64,000 bases of DNA from the NCBI GenBank assembly GCA_003151625.1, contig PLYC01000021.1:80235-144234 (forward strand), written 5' to 3'. Below the pieces are notes generated by a model. That model was not told the origin of the DNA. It saw nothing but the letters and a program-made list of their open reading frames with translations, and ran no database searches. Origin of the DNA: Candidatus Doudnabacteria bacterium (lineage in GTDB: Bacteria > Patescibacteriota > Doudnabacteria > UBA920). Positions within the stretch are counted from its first letter, which is position 1. The number at the start of each line of letters is the position of its first letter. Of the stretch, positions 19,315 through 28,479 are shown one piece after another. A program made the position numbers and the translations under genes.

Positions 19315-20050
19315 TTTTTGGCAGCTGTTTAAAGCCAACTTTAAAATGTTTTACCGGGAAAAGGAAGGCTTTTACTGGACCGTGCTAATGCCCGCGTTTA
19401 TTTATATTGCCCTTTCGGTTTTACCCATTGGAAAAGCCATAGGCAGCAACTTAAAATATTCCAGCTACGTTCTGCCGGGCATTATTGCCATGACCATTAT
19501 GCAGGGCGGGGTTTACAGCTTGGCTTACTGGATGGTGGACTTAAAAGCTCGGGGCATAATCAAGCGCCTGCTGGCTACCCCGTTAAAACAGTGGCAACTG
19601 GCATTAAGTCTGGTTTCCGCCCGTTTGGTTATAGTCATTATCCAGGTTATTATTTTAACCCTATTGGGAATTTTAGCCTTTGGCGCGAGCTTTGCCGGCA
19701 ATGTAATTTCAACACTAATTTTAGTTCTAATTGGAGGGGCAATATTTTTACTGGTCGGTTTACTCATTTCCACTTTCGCTAAAAGCTACGATGCCGCGGC
19801 ACCCATTACCTCGGCCATCGCTCTGCCTATGACTTTTTTGGGTAATATTTTTTATCCTATTGAGGCCCTACCCCACGCCCTTCAAATCTTCGCCCGCATG
19901 TTGCCCATAACTTACTTAGCCGACGGGCTTCGCCAGGCGTATTTATATCCATTTAATTTCGGTAAGATTGGTTTTGATATTCTTATCCTCGGCATTTGGC
20001 TGGCCGTGATGTTGGTTATTACACTGGCGGTGTTTAGGTTAAAAGAATAA
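19307..20050 (+). CDS. ABC-2 type transporter permease
   Basis: Six predicted TM segments. Overlaps the ATPase stop by 8 nt. Typical ABC-2 permease sequence. Confidence 0.8.
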   Translation: MNSFWQLFKANFKMFYREKEGFYWTVLMPAFIYIALSVLPIGKAIGSNLKYSSYVLPGIIAMTIMQGGVYSLAYWMVDLKARGIIKRLLATPLKQWQLALSLVSARLVIVIIQVIILTLLGILAFGASFAGNVISTLILVLIGGAIFLLVGLLISTFAKSYDAAAPITSAIALPMTFLGNIFYPIEALPHALQIFARMLPITYLADGLRQAYLYPFNFGKIGFDILILGIWLAVMLVITLAVFRLKE

Positions 20051-20136
20051 ACCGCTGAATGGACGCTGATATTTACGCTGAAAAAACGCTGAACACTTTT
20101 GTCAACATTTTTTTCAGTGTTCCAGTCGGCGATATA

Positions 20137-20454
20137 TCAGCGGATTTTAAAGAGATCTTTTCCCACAGCTTTCATCGGTATTTGCCATGCGAAAGCCAAA
20201 GCCATGGCAATGGTTACCCCAATGCGAACGCCAGTGTAACTTCCCGGCCCTTTATTTACAACAATTTTCTTAATTGGAAGAGGTGTCCCCTCTTTCAATT
20301 TAATTTTATTGTATAATAAAAAATTTTCCAGACAACCCAAAGTCTCATGGCTCTTATGCGGGTCAACTTTGTAGATTTTTTGCTGGACTTTTTCTCCGTC
20401 TGCCACAGCAAACATCACCTTATTAAAATCCGTTGTGTCTATATAAAGTACCAT
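20137..20454 (-). CDS. tsaB: TsaB (YeaZ)-like protein, N-terminal half only (105 aa; truncated or possibly pseudogene)
   Basis: ..KGPGSYTGVRIGVTIAMALAFAWQIP.. matches the TsaB/Kae1-like N-terminal motif. The protein ends about 100 aa short of typical TsaB. Confidence 0.5.
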   Translation of the reverse strand: MVLYIDTTDFNKVMFAVADGEKVQQKIYKVDPHKSHETLGCLENFLLYNKIKLKEGTPLPIKKIVVNKGPGSYTGVRIGVTIAMALAFAWQIPMKAVGKDLFKIR

Positions 20455-20467
20455 AAAAGGTTAGACG

Positions 20468-21823
20468 TCAATTGTTTCCGCCAAAGGCGGAGCCGCCTTT
20501 GGCGGTAATTGTTAATTGTTGCAAGACTTCTTTGACTACCCGAACTTCATCCCAATCAACCCTTTTGTTTCCGGGCAAAATCAAAAACTGCTCACTGCCC
20601 TTGCCGGTAATTAAAACGAGATCGTTTTCCCTTGCAAAAGATAAAGCCCGAAAAATGGCCTGCTGGCGATCCAAAATTATTTCGTATCGCGACTTTCTTA
20701 ATTTAAAACTGTTAATGCCGTCTTCGATATTTTTGGCAATTTCCCTGGGATCGGAATCGTAAATATCGTCGTTGGTAACAATAATAATGTCCGCATACTG
20801 CGCGGAGGCGTGGCCAAACACAAATCTTTTGCCGACGTCGCGGTGCCCGCCGGTACTGCCAAAAACGTGGATTAGCCGGTTATGCGGCAATTGCGCCGCT
20901 GATTCCAAAGCGGCTTTAAATGAAGCCGGCTCACAGCCATAATCCACAATTATTTGAAGTCCCCGATTATTTGGGACATTTTCCATCCTGCCCCGGATCC
21001 CGCTGAATTTTTTTAGAGCTCCGGCCGCTTTTTCCAAATCTACTTCCAGCATATTCGCGCAGGCAACCGCCAAGGCGGCATTCTGCGCGTTAAAATTACC
21101 AGGCAAATTTAAGGTAAATGTCGTATTCTCAATTTTAAATTCGGTCTGGCTGCCTTGTTTGGTTAAATCGACAAAAAAAACTTTTTGCGCATCGCTGACT
21201 TTAAGCCGCCGAAAACTCACCCCGAATTTTTTGTCGGCTGGAAAACTCAAAAAATACCCTGCCATGGGATCGTCTAAATTTATGCCGATAACTTTTTGCG
21301 GAAAAAAAGGTTTTTTCCTGTTCTTGCCGACTGCCGCAAACAGCTTGCCTTTAGCCTGCTGATAATTACCAAAACTGCCGTGCGCGTCTATATGAGCGCG
21401 CGAGAGATTTGTAAACACGGCCATATCAAAATTAATCCCCCAGTGGCGGTTTTGAGCCAGCCCCTCGGAAGTGCATTCTATAATTGCCACCCTGCACTTA
21501 TTTATTGCCATGGCGTGCAGCTGCCTCTGTAATTTAATTTCATTGGGCATTGAAAGCCCGTGCTTGTTAATAAAACTTTTTTGTCCGTCAAAAAAATCCA
21601 CGGTTGTAATATACCCTGTCTTAATTCCGGAATTATTTAAAATATGCGCCAATATGGCGGTAGTGGTGGACTTTCCGGCCGTCCCCGTTATGCCAATAAC
21701 AATAAGTTTGCTACTGGGCCGGTCATAATAAATATTGGCATCCCAAGCCAGCATGCCGTGGTACCAGGGTCGAATAAATTTTAGCAGATCCTCGGGAATT
21801 AATTTTTTTAATAAATTCTTCAT
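20468..21823 (-). CDS. Mur ligase family (MurE/MurF-like UDP-N-acetylmuramoyl-peptide ligase)
   Basis: GITGTAGKSTT P-loop in the Mur ligase central domain. C-terminal ..TAKGGSAFGGNN is encoded by the palindromic element ccgccaaaggcggagccgcctttggcgg (20478-20507). Confidence 0.8.
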   Translation of the reverse strand: MKNLLKKLIPEDLLKFIRPWYHGMLAWDANIYYDRPSSKLIVIGITGTAGKSTTTAILAHILNNSGIKTGYITTVDFFDGQKSFINKHGLSMPNEIKLQRQLHAMAINKCRVAIIECTSEGLAQNRHWGINFDMAVFTNLSRAHIDAHGSFGNYQQAKGKLFAAVGKNRKKPFFPQKVIGINLDDPMAGYFLSFPADKKFGVSFRRLKVSDAQKVFFVDLTKQGSQTEFKIENTTFTLNLPGNFNAQNAALAVACANMLEVDLEKAAGALKKFSGIRGRMENVPNNRGLQIIVDYGCEPASFKAALESAAQLPHNRLIHVFGSTGGHRDVGKRFVFGHASAQYADIIIVTNDDIYDSDPREIAKNIEDGINSFKLRKSRYEIILDRQQAIFRALSFARENDLVLITGKGSEQFLILPGNKRVDWDEVRVVKEVLQQLTITAKGGSAFGGNN

Positions 21824-21931
21824 AGTTTTAGCCCTCTTTTTAGAGATCCTTTACATTATAACCTAAATAGCCAAAATTCTAAAAGTGTCTTATAATAAAA
21901 GAAAGGTTTACCATCCGATACAAAAGGGTCT

Positions 21932-22852
21932 ATGCCCACAAAAATCAACAACAATCCCACAACCAAGCCGTCTCCGAATATAACAGGAACGTCTTTAAAA
22001 TACCACCCCACAAACTCTGCATGGGGTCTGGAGGCTTTTTTTGAAAGCTACCGGCTGGTTTTTCTCGGAGACTTTGCACTCAAGTTCACTGGAGCAAAAA
22101 AACTGCAAAAGTTTATAAATTTTTTTAAGCCCATTCCAAATAAAAATCCTGGCAGTATTGTGGCTAACGTAAATTTATACAACATGTTTAGCCAAAGCGC
22201 CAAGCACGCCTGGAGCCAGGCTTTTACCCTGGCGCAAATGCGCAGGAACCAAGTTGGGGTAGAAGATATCTTTTTGGCTCTGCTTGAGGAGCCTTCGGTT
22301 AAAAATTTGCTCACTCGCATTAAGGTTGACCCAAGGCAGGCAAAAATTTTTATTAATAACTACTTAAAACTTACCCCTCCTTTAACCGACGACACGGTTA
22401 AAAAAATCCCTTTTGAAGCCTTTGCTTTAGCGGTCCGTCTTCACAACCATAAAATCGGCAGCCTTATGCTGTTGGGCGGATTGCTTAAGGCCACGCCAAA
22501 CGACAATATTCTTCAGGCAATTTTTACCAATATCGGCCTAACCGCCGACAAGCTGGAATTGTTTTCTGTCTGGCTGCTCGATTTGGATTTCGAGTTTCCT
22601 GCGAGTTCCGCCAACAGTAAGTTACTGTTTTGCTTAAGGCAAGTCCAGGGGCTTGAAGAACACTTCGGCTATTTTTTTGAACTTCCGGCTATTGAAGTTG
22701 CGGTAAATTTAAGCCAAAACCAAACTCTAAAAGATTTACAACATCTTAAAGCTCTCCAACTCTTGGTTAAAGCCGGACTCTTGGGCAAAACCCGCGGCAC
22801 GAAAATTATTTCACAAAGCCTGGTGGAAAAGGCAGCTAAAAATAAAATATAA
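21932..22852 (+). CDS. Clp_N (Clp amino-terminal repeat) domain-containing protein
   Basis: ..AKHAWSQAFTLAQMRRNQVGVEDIFLALLEEPSVKNLLTRIKVDPRQA.. matches the ClpA/B N-domain repeat. Confidence 0.5.
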   Translation: MPTKINNNPTTKPSPNITGTSLKYHPTNSAWGLEAFFESYRLVFLGDFALKFTGAKKLQKFINFFKPIPNKNPGSIVANVNLYNMFSQSAKHAWSQAFTLAQMRRNQVGVEDIFLALLEEPSVKNLLTRIKVDPRQAKIFINNYLKLTPPLTDDTVKKIPFEAFALAVRLHNHKIGSLMLLGGLLKATPNDNILQAIFTNIGLTADKLELFSVWLLDLDFEFPASSANSKLLFCLRQVQGLEEHFGYFFELPAIEVAVNLSQNQTLKDLQHLKALQLLVKAGLLGKTRGTKIISQSLVEKAAKNKI

Positions 22853-22867
22853 AAAAATGCGCTTTGG

Positions 22868-23908
22868 CTAGTCAAAGCGCATTTTTTTAATGACCCTGTT
22901 TCCGAACCTCATCCCGGAATAAAATTTATACATAAAATTTTTTATTACCACATCGTACGCTCCTGCGTATTGCTGTTCTTTTCCGCCAAAGCCAAGCTTA
23001 AATCTCACAAACCCCGGCGTACTGCCCGAAGCGGTTTCTATTCCCCAAAAATCGTAAAAATTCAAACCCATAGACTTGGCGTCCCGCATGGCTGTCCAGT
23101 GCAAAAGATACGGAGCCATAACACTTTTATTTTCTTCCGAAGATCCGCCAAATAAAAATACGCGGGTTTGGCCAAAATCCACCATAATAGCCGAAGCCAA
23201 AATTTGGTTTTGGTAAACCGCCTTATAAATGCGGAGGTTTAAATCTCCGCGATTGCTTATGGCCAGAAAATCTATCAGCTTATTATAATAGCCACTCCCA
23301 TAGCCCTTAAACCCCTGTCGTTTTGCAGTCTCGGCAATTAACCCAACCGCTTCTTTGGCAAAAAGCCCATGCCCAATGGAGATATCAAATTCGTCTTTAA
23401 TTTCCACTCCGTGCTTTTGGGCAAGTTTGATGTTGTACCTTGTCTTATGGTGCATCTCGGACAAAAGCTGTTCTTCCGGTTTTGTGAGATCGATAAGTAA
23501 AGTCTTTCCCGGTTGAATATTTTTGGTTTTAATCAGGGGTGAGGGGTGAGGGGCGAGGGGTGAGTCTTTCGATTCAATACGAATAAATACGGCATTGATA
23601 AATTTTTCTTTTAAGCACCCCAGCAACCATTCATAATTCTTAATTCCAAATTCATAATTCTTGGCCCCTACGGGGCCGTATGGCGCGTACAAATAATACC
23701 TGCCAAACGGCAAAGGCATTTTTATAAGTTGAGTTGATGCAACTTGTTCCCCGCTATCATCTATAATTTTAAATCTACTAACTGTCCGCCCCAGGTGGGC
23801 TTGCCATTCCCCCCATTCCCAGGACTGCAAAAAAGAACCAGATGGGCTACTGGCCACAAACTGGTTATAGCTTTCCTTCTCCGTTAGGGCTAGCTCAGCT
23901 AAATTCAT
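22868..23908 (-). CDS. FemAB-family peptidoglycan interpeptide-bridge aminoacyltransferase
   Basis: N-terminal ..SFLQSWEWGEWQ.. is the FemAB signature. Contains an in-frame (GGGGTGA)x4-type insert at 23536-23564 coding SPLAPHPSPL. Confidence 0.75.
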   Translation of the reverse strand: MNLAELALTEKESYNQFVASSPSGSFLQSWEWGEWQAHLGRTVSRFKIIDDSGEQVASTQLIKMPLPFGRYYLYAPYGPVGAKNYEFGIKNYEWLLGCLKEKFINAVFIRIESKDSPLAPHPSPLIKTKNIQPGKTLLIDLTKPEEQLLSEMHHKTRYNIKLAQKHGVEIKDEFDISIGHGLFAKEAVGLIAETAKRQGFKGYGSGYYNKLIDFLAISNRGDLNLRIYKAVYQNQILASAIMVDFGQTRVFLFGGSSEENKSVMAPYLLHWTAMRDAKSMGLNFYDFWGIETASGSTPGFVRFKLGFGGKEQQYAGAYDVVIKNFMYKFYSGMRFGNRVIKKMRFD

Positions 23909-23924
23909 AAGTTGATATTAATAG

Positions 23925-24005
23925 ATATTGTTGATATTGGGATATTAAACGATATTTACGATTTCTCAATATCTTAATATCCAAATATCAATTAATATCT
24001 TTTTT
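23925..24005. promoter_or_regulatory. AATATC/GATATT box array upstream of femAB
   Basis: gatattgggatattaaacgatatttacgatttctcaatatcttaatatccaaatatcaattaatatc. The same box array is found upstream of tsaE and ruvB. Confidence 0.4.
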
Positions 24006-24008
24006 TGC

Positions 24009-24563
24009 TTATTTTTTTCCAAGAATTTGTAACGCTTGTTTTAACTGTTCCCCCTGCGGCTTTGCGCTGTCTATTTTGTTTATAACTTCCCGGACTTCTT
24101 TCTGGTTATAGCCTAAAGCCAGGAGCGCATCAAAAATTTCGCTTCCCGCTCCGGCAGAGCTGCCGCCCGGACCGACTTTGGATTTTAATTCAACAATAAT
24201 TTTCTCCGCGGTTTTTGTGCCAATGCCGGCAATTCTGGTAAAAGCCGCTGTGTCCTGGTTTCCTATGGCCTGGCGCACCGCGTCTACGGGTGCCGCGGAA
24301 AGTATTGCCAGCGCCGCTTTTGGACCGACCCCGGAAACCGTTATAAGCAATTCAAAAAACTGCAAAGTAGTAAAATCCTTTAGACCAAATAAACTTTGCC
24401 CGTCATCGCTGACTTTATGGTAAGTATAAAGCGCTACCGAATCGCCAATCCTGTTTTCCAAAACCTCTGGCGTCACAAAAACCTTGTAACCTATTCCTTG
24501 ATTCTCAAGAATAATGTAAGTCAACCCTTTCTCTAAAATTGTACCTTTTAAATAGGAGATCAT
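24009..24563 (-). CDS. ruvA: Holliday junction DNA helicase RuvA
   Basis: MISYLKGTI..GIGYKVFV.. OB-fold, then HhH motifs (LITVSGVGPKAALAILS, FTRIAGIGTKTAEKII). Confidence 0.9.
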   Translation of the reverse strand: MISYLKGTILEKGLTYIILENQGIGYKVFVTPEVLENRIGDSVALYTYHKVSDDGQSLFGLKDFTTLQFFELLITVSGVGPKAALAILSAAPVDAVRQAIGNQDTAAFTRIAGIGTKTAEKIIVELKSKVGPGGSSAGAGSEIFDALLALGYNQKEVREVINKIDSAKPQGEQLKQALQILGKK

Positions 24564-24742
24564 ATAGTTATTCTAGCATCATAAAAAGACGTTGACAAAG
24601 AGTATTTTTAAGCATAAGATTCTTTTACTCTCGGGAGAAACCGGCGGCAACCCTGCGATGGGTTGGATGCTGACAGGGGTCGACATTTGGTGTCTTATAG
24701 CGGCATCTCCGCTGGTTTAACCAGAACAAGGCAGGAGGAAGT

Positions 24743-25129
24743 GTGTTCAATATACGCTTACGAGTTCCACGCAAGCAGATGGAAAGCCGACGACTGAGGG
24801 CTGTACGCGAGATGAGGTTCCGCAAGGTCGACGAGAAGCTCGCCAAAAAACATGGGGTTGTTGTGAAGACCTTATGGAGATGGAAAGCAAAAGAACGGGA
24901 AGAAGGCATTGATTCCCTGCTCAGGAGGCCAACGCCGGGACGTCCTTCCCGTCTGAAAGATGAACAAATCCTTGCGGTTTACAAAAAGGGGCCTAAAAGC
25001 TACAACAAGAATGCGTCTCAATGGACCGGGCCACTTTTGGCAGAAGCCATCTTTCAGGAATGCGAGGTTCACTATACCACGAACTGGGCGCAACAACTAC
25101 TTCGAAAGTTTGAGGCTCAAGGGCGCTAA
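24743..25129 (+). pseudogene. IS630/Tc1-mariner-family transposase, N-terminal HTH domains only (no DDE domain; remnant or domesticated)
   Basis: ..RRPTPGRPSRLKDEQ..WTGPLLAEAIFQECEVHYTTNWAQQLLRK.. is typical of IS630 N-terminal paired HTH. Only 128 aa. GC-rich relative to flanks. Followed by a GC hairpin and T7 at about 25155-25200. Confidence 0.5.
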
Positions 25130-25233
25130 ACGACTCCGGAGCTCGACTTAAGAACTGCGCGGCCTCCTCGGTACCCACCGGGCGAGGTCGTTTTTTTCTT
25201 TATACTTTATACAAAATACTCTATACTTTTATT

Positions 25234-27324
25234 ATGAACAAATTCCAGTTAGTCTCAAAATTCAAACCTGCTGGCGACCAGCCGGCCGCCATAGAAGGCC
25301 TGCTTAAATCTCTGCAAAAAAAACGCCGCTACCAAACTTTGCTCGGAGTTACGGGAAGCGGGAAGACTTTTACTATGGCTAATATTATAGAAAAAATCCA
25401 AAAGCCGACTTTAATAATCAGCCACAACAAAACTTTGGCCGCGCAGTTGGCCGCGGAGTTCCAGGATTTTTTTCCGGACAATGCGGTGCACTATTTTGTT
25501 TCTTATTACGATTACTACCAACCCGAAGCCTATATCCCCCGCAGTGACACTTACATAGAAAAAGATACGCAAATTAACGAGGAAATAGACCGCCTGCGCA
25601 ATGCGGCCACGCAATCGCTCCTTTCAAGAAAAGATGTGCTGATTGTGGCCAGTGTTTCCTGCATTTATGGCTTGGGCAATCCGGCCAATTATTTGGAACT
25701 GTCTTTAAATTTAAAAAAGGGTGAAAGTTTTAAACGCGATAAACTGCTAAGAAGGCTCACGGACTTACAGTTTCATCGCAACGATATAGATTTGCAAAGA
25801 GCCACTTACCGCGTTCAGGGAGACGTGGTGGAGATTATTCTTTCTTCCGAAGACACAATTATCCGTATGGATTTTTTTGGCGACATATTGGAAAAAATTG
25901 AACGCCTGGATGCCGTAAGCGGCCATAAAATAGAAGAGCTCGAGGATTTCACTATATTCCCGGCCAAGCACTTTGTGACCCCGGAAGACAAACTAAAAGA
26001 AGCCACGGAAAACATCCGCCTGGAGCTTAACGACAGGCTAAGGGAACTAAGATTCCAGGGAAAAGTTCTGGAAGCCGCCAGACTGGAGCAGAGGACAAAC
26101 TTTGATTTGGAGATGCTGACCAACACCGGTTTTGTGGCCGGCATAGAAAACTATTCACGGGTACTTGAAGGCCGCGAGCCAGGCAGTCCTCCTTCCACGC
26201 TTATTGATTACTTCCCTGACGACTTTTTGCTGTTTTTGGACGAATCCCACCAGACCGTGCCGCAAATCGGCGCCATGTTTGAGGGCGACAAATCGCGCAA
26301 AACCACGCTGGTGGATTACGGCTTCCGTCTGCCCTCCGCTTTGGATAACCGCCCGCTTCGTTTTGCCGAATTCGAAAAAAAAATCCAACAGGTTATTTTT
26401 GTTTCCGCCACGCCGGCAGAGTTTGAAATCGAGCGGTCATTAACCCAAAAAGATACTAAATTTGTTACCAAATCCAAACGCACCGAGCTAGAACAAAGCA
26501 TTATTGACGCGCGCCCCGCCCTAAAGCAGATGAGGCCGCCATCAATCGTGGAACAGATTATCCGCCCTACGGGACTCGTAGACCCCACCATAGAAATAAA
26601 ACCCATAAAAAACCAGGTCGACGATTTGCTGGAAAGAATTAAAGAGCGCGTAAATAAACACCAGCGCGTCCTGGTCGCCACGCTTACCAAACGCATGGCC
26701 GAAGAGCTGACCGAATACTTAAAAGAAGACGGAGTTAAAGTCCAATATGTCCACAGCGATGTCGATACTTTTGAACGTCTGGAAATCTTGCGCGATTTGC
26801 GTTTGGGGGTTTACGATGTTTTAGTGGGAATTAATCTATTGAGGGAAGGACTGGACTTGCCCGAAGTCTCCCTGGTCGCAATATTAGATGCTGATAAAGA
26901 AGGCTTTCTAAGAAGCGAAACTTTTTTTATGCAAATGATGGGTCGCGCGGCCAGGCATCTTGAAGGCCACGTGGTTATGTACGCCGACAGGGTTACCGGC
27001 AGTATGGGCAAAGCCATAGACGAAACTAACCGTCGCCGAACTATCCAGCAGGCCTACAACAAAAAACATAACATTACTCCCCTTTCTATCCAAAAAGCTA
27101 TTGGTGACTCCAGAATGTCCGGAAGCAAAAAAACCATCGAGGACGAGCACGAACGCGCCATAGACCCGGCCAAAATGACCAAAGATGAAATTAAATTCTA
27201 TCTGGACGAGCTGGAACAGCAAATGGATTTAGCTGCAAAGAATTTGGAATTTGAACTCGCCGCAAAACTAAGGGACAGGATTGAAGAAATAAAAAAGATA
27301 AAAAAACTGCAAGGTAAAAAATGA
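25234..27324 (+). CDS. uvrB: Excinuclease ABC subunit B
   Basis: GVTGSGKTFTMANII.., helicase motifs and the C-terminal UvrB/UvrC interaction motif ..FELAAKLRDRI.. Confidence 0.95.
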   Translation: MNKFQLVSKFKPAGDQPAAIEGLLKSLQKKRRYQTLLGVTGSGKTFTMANIIEKIQKPTLIISHNKTLAAQLAAEFQDFFPDNAVHYFVSYYDYYQPEAYIPRSDTYIEKDTQINEEIDRLRNAATQSLLSRKDVLIVASVSCIYGLGNPANYLELSLNLKKGESFKRDKLLRRLTDLQFHRNDIDLQRATYRVQGDVVEIILSSEDTIIRMDFFGDILEKIERLDAVSGHKIEELEDFTIFPAKHFVTPEDKLKEATENIRLELNDRLRELRFQGKVLEAARLEQRTNFDLEMLTNTGFVAGIENYSRVLEGREPGSPPSTLIDYFPDDFLLFLDESHQTVPQIGAMFEGDKSRKTTLVDYGFRLPSALDNRPLRFAEFEKKIQQVIFVSATPAEFEIERSLTQKDTKFVTKSKRTELEQSIIDARPALKQMRPPSIVEQIIRPTGLVDPTIEIKPIKNQVDDLLERIKERVNKHQRVLVATLTKRMAEELTEYLKEDGVKVQYVHSDVDTFERLEILRDLRLGVYDVLVGINLLREGLDLPEVSLVAILDADKEGFLRSETFFMQMMGRAARHLEGHVVMYADRVTGSMGKAIDETNRRRTIQQAYNKKHNITPLSIQKAIGDSRMSGSKKTIEDEHERAIDPAKMTKDEIKFYLDELEQQMDLAAKNLEFELAAKLRDRIEEIKKIKKLQGKK

Positions 27325-27435
27325 CGCCACAATATTAATAATATTTACAGGGCGTCATCCCTTCACTTCGTTCAGTGCAGGTTCTGAACCCCGACTGCAT
27401 CGGAGGGCTGGAGGTTCCCTTATACAATTGCCAAG

Positions 27436-27480
27436 ATTAAATAGCACGATTTTAACGGCCGTTAAAATCGTGCTATTTTA
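27436..27480. terminator. Bidirectional hairpin terminator between uvrB (+) and the TrmB paralog (-)
   Basis: Perfect palindrome atagcacgattttaacggccgttaaaatcgtgctat flanked by T/A runs. Confidence 0.6.
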
Positions 27481-28219
27481 AAACCTTTTCATAAGGTTCC
27501 GCGGCCTGCCAGGCGTATTCAAATAAATTGCGGAGCGATTGGTAAATCCCTTTGCTTTTAATTTGGACCGCAAAAATATACGGCTGGAAACTAAAAAATA
27601 CTACATTACCATCGTACAAACAATTATCGGTTAAAAATTCCCCGTGCCCCATGGCAAAGCGCTGAACAAAATTTTCCCCATGCTCCATGGTTTTCGCGTA
27701 CGCAAAATCCGCCTCGCTCCTTGTTAACAATTCCCTAACTTTAACAGAACCCGACATGGCTTTATCGTTTAATTGTTTCGGGTAATCAGGATAAACGGTT
27801 AGAATGTCACGAATGGTGGAAAAAAATTCCACCTCTTTGGCCGCCAAAATCTTTTCGTACGCTTCCCTAACTGCTTCTTTGCCTTCAAACAGCAAAACTC
27901 CCGGCTTGTCTATTTTAGCGTTATAAAGCGCCATCATATTCGGCATAAACCGCTTAACCAATTCCTGTTTTTTATATAAATCACTGCTAAATTTTTCCGG
28001 ACTCTCCGCGGTATATAAAACTTTTTTCGCGCGCGGCACTACGCTAACCAAACCCTTAACTTGCAACTCTTCCAGAATTAAATAACACGTTGGCCGCTTT
28101 ATAGCCGCTTTAGTAGATATCGGATGAACCGTAGCCGTCCCCAACTCCAAAAGTGCCAAATAAACATTGGCTTGCTTTTCGTTTAATCCTATTTGATTAA
28201 GCACTTCCGTAATTTCCAT
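27473..28219 (-). CDS. TrmB-family winged-helix transcriptional regulator (paralog 2)
   Basis: LGLNEKQANVYLALLELGTATVHPISTKAAIKRPTCYLILEEL wHTH. The 5' leader carries a nested GC palindrome (28232-28276). Confidence 0.6.
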   Translation of the reverse strand: MEITEVLNQIGLNEKQANVYLALLELGTATVHPISTKAAIKRPTCYLILEELQVKGLVSVVPRAKKVLYTAESPEKFSSDLYKKQELVKRFMPNMMALYNAKIDKPGVLLFEGKEAVREAYEKILAAKEVEFFSTIRDILTVYPDYPKQLNDKAMSGSVKVRELLTRSEADFAYAKTMEHGENFVQRFAMGHGEFLTDNCLYDGNVVFFSFQPYIFAVQIKSKGIYQSLRNLFEYAWQAAEPYEKVLK

Positions 28220-28479
28220 GGTTTTTATAAGCTCTCCCCAATTTATGGGGAGGGTGCCCCGAAGGGGCGAGAGAGGTTAATATAAGCCTATTTGCATTAT
28301 GTTCCCATTTCTCAATTCTGTCAACTTTTCTGACAACAATTTAATAACTAACGAATATGCCTATTTTATAGGCTTTTCTTAATATTTTGCTAGTCAGTAT
28401 TATTGACTATTTATATAATTTATGTTATAGTTACCGGTTAAAACAAATCCAGTTTTAACAGTTCACTAAGGAGGAACTT

